64,000 bases of DNA. Origin: Eledone cirrhosa. Its lineage: Eukaryota. The stretch's first letter is position 1; each line of letters opens with the position of its first letter. The notes beneath the pieces were generated by a model. It was not told the origin of the DNA, searched no databases, and saw nothing but the letters and a program-made list of their open reading frames with translations. The translations under genes and the position numbers were made by a program. Below, one piece after another: positions 12,170 to 26,289 of the stretch. The DNA is taken from NCBI GenBank assembly GCA_964016885.1, contig OZ024758.1, positions 9,610,001-9,674,000 of the forward strand. Direction: 5' to 3'.

Positions 12170-12272
12170 TATTGCAGGTGTCACACATATTGCAGGTGTC
12201 GCACATATTGCAGGTGTCACACATATTGCAGGTGTCGCACATATTGCAGGTGTCACACATATTGCAGGTGTC
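12170..12272. repeat. 18-bp minisatellite (~5.5 units)
   Basis: Unit attgcaggtgtc(a/g)cacat, with alternating A/G variants. Confidence 0.95.
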
Positions 12273-12293
12273 TTATACATAGAGCAAGTGCTA

Positions 12294-12480
12294 TATCTAT
12301 ATAATACTAAAACTCTGTGATTGCTTGCTTGCTTGTCTGTAATGTAATACAGCCAAAAGGGCACATAGTGGGAAAATACTTTGAAAGGAGGTTGACCCAG
12401 AAATGGGGATACAAATGGAATAAAACAAGTTTCGCGTAAATCGGGGCACGGGTTCTTGAGATATGGCCAGGTACCTTCAT
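12294..12480 (+). mobile_element. Helitron-like 5' end (second family; inverted relative at ~18930-19118)
   Basis: TCTATATAATACTAAAA..CTGTGATT(GCTT)n..TGTAATGTAATACAGCCAAAA is shared in reverse complement with 19045-19117. Confidence 0.55.
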
Positions 12481-12643
12481 AAACAGAGAGAGAGAGTGTG
12501 AAAGAGATAGTGGTTATGAGAGAGTAGATTGAATTAGAGACATTGAGAGAGGGAGAGGATGAGAATGGAAGAGAGAGAGAGTGAGCTGGTGGTGTTGTGT
12601 ATATATATATATATGGTGGTGTGTGTGTGTATATATATATGCA

Positions 12644-12696
<53 letters not shown>

Positions 12697-12759
12697 ATAC
12701 TTGGGGAGGGTCATATTGTTGTAATATGTATATATATATACATATATATATGTATATAT

Positions 12760-12880
12760 ATATTAATTCAAAATATTAACAAAATATATATTCTTGTGAT
12801 CAAGTATATTTTATTATAGTTAACTTAAACTGTATGTCCTCATCAGATAAAATAAGATGATGCATGACATACCCTGACAT
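12760..12880 (-). mobile_element. PLE-like remnant with deleted hammerhead
   Basis: Minus strand reads gggtatgtca...TATTTTAT CTGATGA ggacatacagtt...TA ATAAAATA. The stem II 3' arm and GAAA are lost. Confidence 0.5.
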
Positions 12881-12941
12881 AGTAGATGGTTAAGATTCAG
12901 TCATGGTAGTTTAACTTTTAAATATATATATATATATATAT

Positions 12942-13278
12942 GGAGGCACATGGCTTAGTGGTTAGAGCATTGGCTTTGCAATCAAAAGGTTGTGAGTTCA
13001 ATTCTCAGACCGGGTGATGTGTTGTTTCCTTGAGCAAGACACTTTATTTCACATTGCTCCAGTTCACTCAGCTGTAGAAATGAGATGATAGGGACTGGGG
13101 TCCCTATCATTCCGCTGCAAAGTGGTCGTGGAGGTGCCATGGAAAAAAGCACCCAGCACTCACTGTAAATGAGGTTGGTGTTAGGAAGGGCATCCAGCTG
13201 TAGACATCAAGCCAAAGTAGGTTCCCGTCCCACCTTTGCAAGCAGGGAAAAGTGGACGTAAAATGAAATGATGATGAT
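12942..13278 (+). mobile_element. CORE-type SINE with RTE tail
   Basis: Near-identical to 7935-8282. Confidence 0.85.
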
Positions 13279-14067
13279 ATACACATACGCATATATGTGT
13301 ATATATATGTGTGTATACATCCATATATAAATGTGTATATATATGTATACATATATATGTATATATATATATGGGTATAAAATATGCTGCCTGACATTCT
13401 ACCAATACTGCCAATCCATCTCCCTAAGTGTGGCATACACATTGTTTGTGGGACATAGATATTGTAAATGGTTCATACATATTGTAAATATCATATTATA
13501 AATGACATATAAATATCACAAGCTGTACATTTTTGTTAAACTATTTGTGAGCCAATACTATAAAGCAGTTTCAATTATCTTAAAACACAAGTCTGAAGAA
13601 ATTAGTGTTGGTGTATCAACAAAAGTGAATTTTGATAAGTTTGTCTACCCCCAGGGAAAAGAAATATCTGACATTTCAAGGTTGTCCACTTGTCGAGGAA
13701 TAAAGTGAAAAGAGTTTTTTTTGTTTTTCTTCTGTCTCTCAGAGGGGGAGATAACTTCTCCCCATGGCATAGACATTTAGTAAAACTTTAAACTGTCATA
13801 CCTTAAGACTTTGTCATGCCAGCAGAGAAGATAGCAACATTAAAACAACAATGGTGTGTGTGTTTATGTATGTGTGTGTGTGTGTTTGTATGTGTGTTAG
13901 TCAGCTCTAATCAAGCAGATTTATGGTTAAACATTACGTTATCTGTCCTTCTTATTTCAAGACTGCAGTGTAATTTGAGGGAGATTTCACTATTATTTTT
14001 AACAGGACATATAACCACATAGACTTTCCCTTGTTCACTTGTGTGTGTATATATATATTTATATATA

Positions 14068-14599
14068 GGCAGACCCAGAAAAACCTGGGACGACTTGATA
14101 AATTTCGACCTCACACACTTACACCTCTCCAAGACAATGTCACTGGACCGAGATCTTTGGCGCTACACAGTAATAGAGAAGACCTGCCTTACCTAAATAC
14201 AAAGTAAAACCTACTACAGCCAGTAGGCACCTCTAACAAAATACACCCCCGCCCCACTACCCCCGCCCCATCCACACCACCCCTTTCAATGTAAAGTTAT
14301 GTTGGTACCACAACATCCAGCCCGAAACAAATGAGGTCGTGTAGGTGTCACGACAAAAAAAAACACAGTCCACGCTGTAATGTGGCCGTGTAGGTAACAC
14401 GGTAAAAACCTCCCAGCCCCACACTGTAAACGTGGTTGGTGTTAGGAAGGGCATACAGCCATAGAAAACCCACCAGACAGTCCTATGCGAGCAAGACAAC
14501 CACTCTTGACTCAAGTGGGAAAACTTCCGTCCAAACCCATGCAAGCGTGGAATATGGACTTTAAACGCTGATGATGATGATGATGATGATATGTGTGTG

Positions 14600-14666
<67 letters not shown>

Positions 14667-15088
14667 GGGATGAGATCATAAAAGCTGACCTTGCCCAGTT
14701 GCACCTCTCAAACCGAGACCTCTGGCATTACACAGTAATACAGAAGACCTGAGTTCCCATGGGTACAAGCCGAAGCTGAAGCATATAGACACTATGTCCC
14801 CAGCCTCTTCCCACTGTAAAGAGGTCATGTAAGTGTCACAACAAAAAGCACCCAGTCCACACTGTAAAGTGGTCGTGTAGACGCCACAGTAAAAAAGCAC
14901 CCAGCACTCATTGTAAATGAGGTTGCTGTTAGGAAGATCAACCAGTTGTACAAATCAAGCCAAAATCAGATCTGTATGAGCAAGACATGGTCACCTGACC
15001 TGGCATTGCCCACAACAGGACAACCCATCTAACCCATGCTAGCGTGGAAGAATGGACGTAAAACCGTGATGATGATGATGATGATGAT
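14068..15088 (+). mobile_element. Two successive RTE LINE 3' ends
   Basis: GRPRKTWDDLI-type coding remnants, each followed by the shared 3'UTR and (GAT)n (14068-14590 and 14665-15088). Confidence 0.85.
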
Positions 15089-16194
15089 ATATATAAATGT
15101 ATGTGTGTGTGTGTGTGAACTTTTAGAGCTGCTGAAGTTTTTAATATGTATGCCAAAGAAAATGTCAAAAACTAATATCTCTCTTCTCTCTTGGAAACAG
15201 ACAATCTTTGTTGTTTTTGTGGCCACTTGGGGTCTAAGTCAGGCATTTTCAATTGACAAAGTGTATCATTACTGAGTGTCAAGGATTCAATTGTTCCCAT
15301 AATATTGGATATTATACAGTAGAAACAACTTCACAGTGAATTTGAGCCTAGGATCTGGTTTAAATTCTCCATGTGAAAATATGACTCACAATTTTCTTTC
15401 CGTTCTTGTGTTAATTTAAAGCTTTATGTCTACATAGGAATTAATAATTAAAAATAAAAGTTAGCATTATAGGGTAAACTTAAGTAGTTTCTGCTGAGAT
15501 GAGTTTATCATATATTTGACACAGAAAATCAGACTGAATTATATTTGATCCACAAACACCTTACACTTGATATTCTTAATAACCCTTTCGAAACCAATCC
15601 ATCTAAAACAGTACCATTCTTTTATGATATTAAGCTGTTTATATACCTTCCAGTATAATTTTATCTTACAATTGTTATTAAATTATATTCCAAACATCAA
15701 CTTTATAAGGAAAAAGTTATTTTACTAAATACCTTCAAATTCTTGATTATTTTCAAAGAAATTAGGAAATCTTAAAAGTGTCTTTATGATAATGAAAGGA
15801 TTAATTCCCAAACTGAAAATCAGCCAATCTTTGCACACCAGGAGTTTGACAAACAATATGTCACTTGCAATATGCAAAGAAATTTAAGAACAAGAAAGGC
15901 ATAACTAATTCAAAGTTTGGCTTCTGGCCAAAATAGGAATACTTCTAAACAGCTACTTTCATTGAGAATATATTGATGCCTGCTGCTCAAGAAAACAATA
16001 TGTTGGTAACATTTATGGACATTTGTAAGACATTTAACAGTATAAACAGGGCATTAATTCAAAGTGTTATTCTATAAAGTGTCAAAATCATTCATTAATG
16101 CTCTTATCTCCCTGCATACTAATACTTTAATAACAGTAATGAATTTGAAAGACCACCCTTGTACCATACCTCTTCATAGTTGCTATGGATTATA

Positions 16195-16388
16195 TAATTG
16201 TTTCTACTTTTGGCACAAGGCCAGCAATTACCCCAGTGCATTACTGGTACTTTATTTTATCGACCCCGTAAGGATGAAAGGCAAAGTAAACCTCGGCGGG
16301 ATTTGAACTCAGAATGACAAGGACCGTAACTCTATGCGTCAAAGCATGGCATCCGACCCTCTACCGATACTGCCAACCCACTGCCTTA
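16195..16388 (-). mobile_element. SINE family 2
   Basis: Full-length reverse-complement copy. Confidence 0.85.
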
Positions 16389-17601
16389 TGGATTATATAA
16401 TGAGTATATCTCTGTAAAATAATAAATACTATATATGCTGGCCTATTGGGCATCCCTTTGTATAAGATGTGCCCTGCTTTTACAATGGCATTTCCTCAAA
16501 ATGTCCTTGTAAAGAATTTTAGTACATTTCTTCATAAATTTATTAAAAACTATTTCATTGTCTTTTCAGAAACTCTTACATATATAAGTTCAACATCATT
16601 TTGATTATATAAATTGTAATACTAATTGTATACTAATAGTAATACACACTAAATTTTTTTAACCCTGATTGTCCCCGCCCTCTGTCAGCATCCCGTTGGT
16701 GATACTGATGTATTGGGTGCAGAAAAGATTTTTTAATGTTTTTTGAGAAGTGCGTCCAATATGCCAGCAAATACGATACTTGGTGGAATAAAAGTAATAC
16801 AGATGAAAGTATTTCTCTTCCTCCTCACTCCCTCTTCATTATCTTCCTCCCCTTCTCTCTCTTTCACATTTCCTCTCTGTCTCACACACACACACACACA
16901 CACACACATAAATCTATTTACAACTATTTCTTATTCCTCACTTCACCTCCTTCCCTTCTCCCTTACTTTTCCTCTTGACCACAACTTCTTTTTATCTACC
17001 TATTATGTGTTATTGTCACTCTCTCTCTCTCTCTCTCACTCTCTCTCTCTCTCACTCTCTTTCTCTCTCTCTCTCTCTCTATCTTTATCTCTCTCTCTCT
17101 CATATATATTCTCTATTATGGCTAAGTGATGAGTCTTGTTACTCTTCTTAATGCAAATGTTCATAGTATCATTACTTGTGGACAAATCATTGTGAAAATA
17201 TGTAGCATTAGGGTAAAAGCTTTAAAGTCCAGGGTTAGTTTGTACTCTTCAAGAATGTCTTTCTAATGTGGCTTTATGTGGTACAGGAAGACAGGATAGA
17301 GTGGTATTGAGTGACACACTTCAGTTTATTAGCTTATAATTCTATAGCATCAGCTGGCTTCTGTCTTTAGTAGAGTCCACTCTGTTGCAATCCAATCTGA
17401 AGATAAATCCTTCTTTCCTACCCTTCCACCAGTCATGCTGGCTCCAAGAATGGTCAGCCCCCATCCCCCCCTCTCCCTCCTCCTCCTAACTAAGCCACCC
17501 AAAAAAGTAAAAAATAAATAAATGTGTCATGTCTTCTATATAATGTATTCTACCATTGAAAAAAAAAAAATGTGTGTGTGTAAGTGTGTATGTATATGTG
17601 A

Positions 17602-17651
<50 letters not shown>

Positions 17652-19184
17652 TGTATATCAAAAGGAAAGATATAAAAATCTGCAACAAACTTGTCCGTTC
17701 CGGAGATTTTCTGTTATTCTGGAGTAGTTTGTGGAGATTGATCTGATCTGTCTAATTATCTCAGACTGGTAAAAGTGCTGAGAAATGGTTCAGTTGCAAT
17801 AAAGGGTTCTTTGCTATATTTGTGTGTGCTACTGTTACCATGTAACCCAGTGCAACCTGCTTCATAGTGGAGTGGTCAGCAACTAAACTGGCTCCCCAAC
17901 AGGACCCTAGTCTGGTGAGGAGAGTAAGTGGAATCCCAGCAACACACACACACACACAAAAAAAAACAAAAAAAAACAAGAGCTGTAAAAAGTGCAGATG
18001 AACACCTCAGAGTCAACAGCCATCCACCCCAACTATGGGTTAGATAGCTTCACCAACCTGCAATTGACAAAGTGTGGTGAGTGCAATTACACCCCTGGCA
18101 TGACTATAACCAAACAGAAAATGATGGTCGTCAACCAGGGAGGGGTTCCTTCAATAGGAGTGAGAAAAATTGGATTGTATGTTGAAGTTTAACCATGTAT
18201 ATTCAGTTTAGAATAGCTACACCATATCTCCTGCATATCATAAAAAATTACAAAAAGGTTTTATTCTCAATATTTAAACTAAACAATTAATTGTTTTTTT
18301 TTTTTTTAAATCAACAAAAACGACCTAGAAAAATTACCAATTTACCAATCCCCTCCCCACCTATTCTAAGCCCCCCAACTACCCCCCACCCACCTTGCAC
18401 ATTTATTCCAACTTAGGGCCTGAGAGTATTTTTGTTTGATGTATTTATAATTTTGTACTGAATGACCAGAATTTTAGTAAATACTAGACCACCTGTTAGG
18501 TCACGTTCACTTAGAAATATTATTTTAAAATCATGTTCACTTAAAAATGATTTTTAAATAATTAAAATATACAGACATTTATTTAATGCAAAATAAGATT
18601 GGAAGGCCCATTTATATGTGTGTGTATGTGTATATATATATGTGGGTGTCTGTGACTGACATACACTGGTCACAGACACACTCACTTATACACAGTCATT
18701 TAGAAACCCTTCCTATTTAGCAGGAAATATGAGACAGTAATGCTGTATTCGGTTCTTTGAAGTCACCCATTATAATTTCATTCAACAACGCCACCAGCTC
18801 TTTCTCTCTCTATGTCTCTCTTTCTCTCTCTATGTCTCTCTTTCTCTCTCTATGTCCCTCTTTCAATCTATTGTCTCACAACTGCTATCCCTTTCTTTCT
18901 ATCTTTCTCTCTCTGTTTATGAAGGTACATTGAAAATCTCCGTATCTCTGGAACTCATGCTCTGATTTATGTGAAACTTGTTTCATTCTATTTGTATTCC
19001 CATTTCAGGAGCAACTTCCTTTCAAAGTATTTTCCCATTATGTACCGTTTTGGCTGTATTACATTACAAACAAGCAAGCAAGCAAGCAAGCAATCACAGA
19101 ATTTTAGTATTATATAGAAGATAGATAGAATATCATTTGGAATATAAATATTGGATTTCCCGGTTACTTATGACTCACTCTGTA

Positions 19185-19478
19185 TTATTGGCAGTATCGG
19201 TAGAGGGTCGGACGCCATGCTTTCCAGCATAGTTACGTCCCTTTACGATCTGAGTTCAAATCCGGCTGAGATTGACTTTGCCTTTCATCCTTACGGGGTC
19301 GATAAAATAAAGTACCAGTAATGTACTGGGTAATTGCTGGCCTTGTGCCTAAAGTAGAAACAATTATCACCCGCCAAGGTTAACTTTGCCTTTCATCCGT
19401 ACGGGGTCGATAAAATAAAGTACCAGTAATACACTGAGATAATTGCTGGCCTTGTGCCAAAAAGTAGAAACAATTATC
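19185..19478 (+). mobile_element. SINE family 2 with duplicated 3' half
   Basis: Full copy followed by a second body and tail. Confidence 0.8.
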
Positions 19479-19897
19479 ATCATTTAGTTGCTACTACTGT
19501 TGCTGCCTGTAATTGGAGGTCCACTTTAGATGTTTTTTGCAGTCAGCTGTAACCACTGGTCCCTATCCTCCATCATGATGGAAGGATTGTACTCTTCTCA
19601 CCTCTCCAGCCCTTCATCTTGTCAGACCATGAATTTTCTGCTTCTTTGTTTTCTTTCAACTCTTCCCCCTCCCCTCTTATGGAAAGATAGTTTTAGACAG
19701 GGAGGTGTGGTGAGAGGAGGAGGGGGTGGGGGTGGAGTGAGATATCTGACTCTACCAGGCAAACCTCCTCCATCTTGTTACCATAGCAAGGAATGGTTTC
19801 TCTCTCCAGGATATATCAACATTATAGATTCATCGGATAAGAAAATAAGTTTTCATGTCTTATTTCAAGAATTAATTTTCGAATCAAATCTAACAGT

Positions 19898-20262
19898 TCA
19901 ATAACAATAGTAGTAGTAGTAGTAGTAACATCAATAATAGTAGTAGTAGTAGTAGTAACAGCAATAGCAATAATAGTAGGAGTAGTAACAACAATAGCAA
20001 TAATATTAGTAGTAGTAGTAACAACAATAGCAATAATATTATTATTATTAGTAGTAGTAGTAGTAACAACAATAGCAATAATATTACTAGTAGTAGTAGT
20101 AGTAGTAGTAGTAACAACAATAGCAATAATATTACTAGTAGTAGTAGTAGTAGTAACAACAATAGCAATAATATTACTAGTAGTAGTAGTAGTAACAGCA
20201 ATAGCAATAATATTAGTAGTAGTAGTAAAACAACAGCAATAACATTATTATTATTATTATTA
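19898..20262. repeat. Compound (AGT/AAC/AAT)n array with higher-order units
   Basis: Direct reading. Confidence 0.92.
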
Positions 20263-20460
20263 AGGGCGGTGGATTGGCAGTATCGGTAGAGGGTCGGACG
20301 CTTTGCTTTGCAGCATAGTTACGTCCCTTTATGGACTGGGTTCAAATCCCGCCGAGGTTAACTTTGCCTTTCATCCTTACGGGGTCGATAAAATAAAAGA
20401 CCAGTAATGCACTGGGTATTTGCTGGCCTTGTGCCTAAAGTAGAAACAATTATTATTATT
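20263..20460 (+). mobile_element. Second tRNA-derived SINE family (gcctttcatccttacggggtcgataaaataaagtaccag body, (ATT)n tail)
   Basis: A box TGGCAGTATCGG, B box GGTTCAAATCC, conserved central domain; more than 12 copies in the window. Confidence 0.85.
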
Positions 20461-21126
20461 ATTAGTAGTAGTAGTAGTAGTAACAACAACAGCAATAAGA
20501 ACAATATCCAATAAACAATTGAAATTAGTGTAAAATAACAGCCATAATTAGATGTTGATATTTTCTATTGCTTTTAAAATAGGATTTGCTCCAATCAACC
20601 ATATCATTAATTTCAGCAAATTTGCAGTATTTAGTATTTCATAGGTATTGATGAGAAGGATAAAGAGATTACCAACTATTATTAATGATGTTGCTGCTAT
20701 TGTTGTTGTTGTTGTTTATACATAATAAATTAAAGTAGACAGTTAAGGTAATAGCAATATTGTAATTACAAAAATGCCTCAGTTTATATATACACTCTAT
20801 TAACTTATCCTACAAATTGACCTGTGTAATTGAAATTATATATATCTGCATACTCACACATATATATCTATATATATATGTGTACATCTATATATATATA
20901 TGTATATATGTGTATGTATGTACATGATGATGGCTGCCCCCCCCCCTCGTTATCGAGTATGGCCATTGCACGATATACCATTATTAATAATTACTAATTA
21001 ATTCTATCGTGCAATGCCTGTGCGTGAAGATATTTTTTAAAGTGAGGAAAGACTGTGCACTGAGCCAATTCCACTCTCTGAGCGACAGTAGCTATAACCC
21101 GAAAAGAAGAAAATATCAACATCATC

Positions 21127-21857
21127 GTGTAGGTGTCACGACAAAAAACACACAGATCGTGTAGGTGTCACGACAAAAAACACACAGTCCACGCTGTAAA
21201 TGTGGCCGTGTAGGCAACACGGTAAAAACCTCCCAGCCCCACACTGTAAATGTGGTTGGTGTTAGGAAGGGCATCCAACTGTAGAAAACCCGCCAGATAG
21301 TCCACGCTGTAATGTGGCCGTGTAGGCAACACGGTAAAAACCTCCCAGCCCCACACTGTAAATGTGGTTGGTGTTAGGAAGGGCATCCAGCTGTAGAAAA
21401 CCCGCCAGACAGTCCACGCTGTAATGTGGCCGTGTAGGCAACACGGTAAAAACCTCCCAGCCCCACACTGTAAATGTGGTTGGTGTTAGGAAGGGCATCC
21501 AGCTGTAGAAAACCTGCCAGACAGTCCACGCTGTAATGTGGCCGTGTAGGCAACACGGTAAAAACCTCCCAGACCCACACTGTAAATGTGGTTGGTGTTA
21601 GGAAGGGCATCCAGCTGTAGAAAACCCGCCAGACAGTCCACGCTGTAATGTGGCCGTGTAGGCAACACGGTAAAAACCTCCCAGCCCCACACTGTAAATG
21701 TGGTTGGTGTTAGGAAGGGCATCCAGCTGTAGAAAACCCGCCAGACAGTCCTATGCGAGCAAGACAACCACTCTTGCCTCAAGTGGGAAAACCCCCGTCC
21801 AAACCCATGCAAGCGTGGAACACGGACGCTAAACCGGATGATGATGATGATGATGAT
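21127..21857 (+). repeat. RTE 3'UTR amplified as ~5 tandem 112-bp units
   Basis: ORF starts spaced 112 bp apart (21386/21498/21610); the unit matches ~14365-14480; ends in (GAT)n. Confidence 0.85.
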
Positions 21858-22276
21858 CGGTAACTACTGAGCCGCAGGTTTTATATCGGAGTTATCCCAT
21901 TTCCCGAGTTATCCCATTTCCCGAGTTATCCCATTTCCCGAGTAACATACAATCTTTCTTGGATTTTATTGTCCAGGGTTAACTCCTACACGGGAGGACG
22001 CCGTCCGTGTAACTTATGCTCGGAGGATGGCACTGGTCCACTGGTTAATACATAAACGATGAATCACAAAGAATCATCTGATTGAACTGGGATTTTGAGA
22101 AAAGAAATGGGTAGAAACTTAACCACTGCCCTGCTAGTCGATACATCAATCTCCACAAATCAATTGATCCTCTGAAACGATCGTAAAACAATGAACAATC
22201 TACCTACACCTGACTTCTGCTTTTTTTTTTTTTTATTGTTGTTCTATGCACAAACACATATATGTGTATATATATA

Positions 22277-22610
22277 TCATCATCATCATCATTTTACGTC
22301 TGCTTTTCCCTTCTTGCAAGGGTGGGACAGGAACTGATTCTGGCTTGATTTCTACAGCTGGATGCCCTTCCTAACATCAACCTCATTTACAGTGAGTGCT
22401 GGGTGCTTTTTTGCCGTGGCACCTCCACGTCCATTTTACAGTGGAATGATATGGACCCCCAGTCCCTATCATCTCATTTCTACAGCTGAGTAAACTGGAG
22501 CAATTTAAAATAAAGTGTCTTGCTCAAGGAAACAACACATCACCCGGTCTGAGAATTGAACTCACAACCTTTCGATTGCAAGGCCAATGCTCTAACCACT
22601 AAGCCATGTG
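22277..22610 (-). mobile_element. CORE-type SINE with RTE tail
   Basis: Reverse complement of the 7935-8282 family. Confidence 0.85.
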
Positions 22611-23067
22611 TATGTAAATCATTTTAATTCATCCTGTATGTATTTGGAAATTTTTGAATGCTACTCGTATTTATAATGAGAGGCTATATACCTTTCCATG
22701 CTACCTGGATGAAGTAAGCCAATAAGTAAACATTTCTCTTCTACAAGAATGTAATGCAATGTTCACGATTAGACAGAAGCCATTAACTTTTTAGCTAATA
22801 GGCTGCCACCATTCTATCAACAGAAAACTGAACTAAGCTTAACTTCCAACAGCCAATTATGCTCTTAAATATAATTGACAATCAATGAAAATGCATGTCT
22901 TCCCTGCTTTCAAATGTATTTATATTTAGAGTATGTCTCCCATCCAAATAAAATTGTTTTCAAATTTCTGCAACCTCTCAATCAAAAGAGTATCATTCTG
23001 ATGTTGAAGTCAAACCATAAACCAAGTATTTAAAAAATAACAAATAAATAAATAAATGGATGAATAG

Positions 23068-23098
<31 letters not shown>

Positions 23099-23776
23099 AC
23101 TTTTGTGCTCATTGTATACAATAAATAGTACAAAACATTATTATTAGTCAATAATTACAATGATTTTTGGGGGTAAACTAAAAAGTATAGAACTACTGTA
23201 TTTACTTGAATATAAGCTGAGGAATATGTCCAAAAGATCAATGGTAGAAGTGGGGTCAGCTTATATTTGAGTATATACAGTATCTTGTATCTATAGAGAG
23301 ATGAGTATTTCCATGTATACTTGAAAATAAACCAAGGAATATGTCCCAAAAACCAATTGTAGAAGGAGGGGTCAAATTATATTCAAGGTCAATATTTTGA
23401 CGATATTCTCTAACTTCAAATTCTATGTAAATAAGATTTGGGTTTTTGTCCATTTCTCAGACATAAAATAGTGGGGTCAGTTTTTATTCTAGTATTTGAT
23501 TCATTAGAATAATTTATTATTCAAACATTTGTTTGTTTTATCATCATCATCATCATTTTTACATCCACTGTTCCATGTTGATATGGGATATATGAGATGT
23601 TTTCAGACAATGTTTTACAAATAGATGCCTTTCCTGGTGCCAACTATTTGCCATTCAGGGATATGGTGTACCTATTCTAAAAATCAAGATACACACAGTT
23701 TGTTTATTTTTTCTACTCGCTTTAAGTCATCTTAGTTTAATATATTTCTAAGATCAGCAACAACAAACTATTCAGT

Positions 23777-24004
23777 TTAACCCTTTAGCATTCACATTAT
23801 TTTATATATACTGTTATATTTTCATGGTAAAGGCTTTACCTCACATAATATCTCACATAATATCGAATCTATGAGATTTTGAAAGTATTTATTTTGAGAA
23901 CAATACCTTAACATCAGTTTGAGCGACCAGTTACAGCCAGTTTCAACAGAAAGAGGTGAGAGAATTCTGGTCGGTTTTGGCCGGTTTGAACATTAAAGGG
24001 TTAA
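23777..24004 (+). mobile_element. piggyBac-type MITE
   Basis: TTAA CCCTTTAGCATT...AAAGGG TTAA. Partial copies also at ~33560-33745 and ~49240-49330. Confidence 0.85.
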
Positions 24005-24239
24005 ACATCTGTTGAATTAACATAACAAACACAATAGATTATATATAAGGCTGATTTCTTGAGAATATATTAGTAAAAAGGGAGCTGATGCACAGAGATG
24101 CTATAACATAGAGGGAAGACCCTTAAAAAATCAGAGAAAGAAGTTGCCATCAGCTACTGTGAGGAATTGAGCCCCATATCTTCTAGATACTGTCTTTTAA
24201 GGGTCTTAATGATACAAACTTAACTACCACATCTGCTGT

Positions 24240-25340
24240 CCCCCTCACTACCACAACCACCACCAGCATCACCCCTACCACCACCACCACCACCACCACT
24301 ATCATTATCACTTGTACCAGCATTCATGATGCAAACATAACTATCACACCTGTTACCCCAACACCACCACCACAACCAGCATCACCCCTATCACTACTAC
24401 CACTACTACCCCCACCACCATCATCCCTGTTACCCCAACACCACCACCACAACCAGCATCACCCCTACCACTACTACCCCACCCCCTAGCACCACCACAA
24501 CAACCAGCATCACCCCTACCACTACAACCACCCCCTAGCACCACCACAACAACCAGCATCACCCCTACCACTACAACCACCCCCCTAGCACCACCACCAC
24601 AACCAGCATCACCCCTATCACTACTACCACTACTACCCCCACCATCACCACCCCCACCATCATCCCTGTCACCCCCTAGCACCACCACCACCACCAGATC
24701 AGCTGTTACCACCTGGCAACCTAAGACATTACTAAAGCTAACCAGTACCTCAGAATAATAATACTGTCAAAAATATCACAACTACCAGCACCACCACCAC
24801 TGTCACCACCACCACCATCACCACCATCACTGCTACCAGCACCACCACCACTGTCAAAACCCCCCACCATCACTGCCACCACCATTGTCAAAACCACCAC
24901 CACCATCACTGCCACCACCACTGTCACCACCACCCCCACCACCACTGCTACCACCACCACTGTCACCACCACCACTGTCAAAACCACTGCCACCACCACT
25001 GTCACCACCACCACCACCACTGTCACCACCACCACCACCACCACCATCACTGCTACCAGCACCACCATCACTGCTACCAGCACCACTGTCAAAACCACCA
25101 CCACCACCACCATCACTGCCACCACCACTGTCACCACCACCACCACCACCACCACTGTCACCACCACCACCACCACCACCACCATCACTGCTACCAGCAC
25201 CACTGTCAAAACCACCACCACCACCATCACTGCCACCACCACTGTCACCACCACCACCACCATCACTGCTACCAGCACCACTGTCACCACCACCACCACC
25301 ACTGTCAAAACCACCACCACTGCCACCACCACCCCACCAA
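24240..25340. repeat. (CAC)n-derived array with higher-order units
   Basis: Direct reading; source of the poly-G/P/V ORFs. Confidence 0.93.
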
Positions 25341-26230
25341 TCAACTGCCACCTGACTTATCTGCCCTAGTAACATGCCAATTAGTTATTGTAAGATCTTT
25401 CTTATCATTAACTCTAATCTGTTAATCCATTGCTCCATCTCTCCCTCCCTCTTTCTCTTCTCAGATAGAGGGGGAGATAGAGAGGGATGAAGATATCTCT
25501 CCCTGCCTCTCTCTTGCTCTCCCTCTCCTCTCTTGCTCCCCCTCTATCTCTCCCTCTCCTCTCTTGCTCCCCCTCTATCTCTCCCTCTCCTCTATCTCTC
25601 CCTCTCCTCTCTTGATCCCTCTCTATCTCTCCCTGCTTCGCTATCTCTCCCTATCTCTCCCTCCTTCACTATCCCCCCCATCCCCCCCTCTCTCACCTTT
25701 CTCTATCTCTTACTACACTCCACTGTTAGCCCTTCACCCTTCTCTCTGTTTCATATGACAGTCACCACTTCTCACTCTCTCTTATCTCACTCACACTCCA
25801 CTATTCTCTTGCTCTCTCTCTCTCTCTCTCTCTCATTACACTTCACCTTATCTTCCTCTCTCTTTCCTTGCTACAACCACCTCTTACTACTGATCCTCCT
25901 CTATTTAATCTTTGATCACCAATGATGACAGATTATTGAACCGGGCTCTTCTGTGTCTGATTGATATATGTTATGAGATTGTAGGTGGAGGCTGTTTGAG
26001 TATGTATAGCAGGTGGTGGTGGTGGTGGGGCTGTTTGAGTATGTATAGCTGGTGGTGGGGCTGTTTGAGTATGTATAGCAGGTGGTGGTGGTGGGGCTGT
26101 TTGAGTAGCTATAACAGTATGGTGAAGTTTGGTTCCTACCCACATGGTGCCTTGAGTCTTATACTGTAGCTACAAATTGACTAATGCCTTGTGGGTGGAA
26201 TTTCGTTGACGGAAACAATGTGGAAACCCA

Positions 26231-26281
<51 letters not shown>

Positions 26282-26289
26282 AAAACAAT

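Noticed and set aside
21127-21857. CRISPR-like or functional array interpretation of regular repeats (also 26315, 52859, 61888)
   Set aside because: Head-to-tail units without unique spacers, no cas genes, eukaryotic context; most are traceable to TE sequence.
24353-25375. Gly-rich and extensin-like Pro-rich ORFs
   Set aside because: The (CAC)n array is open in most frames on both strands.
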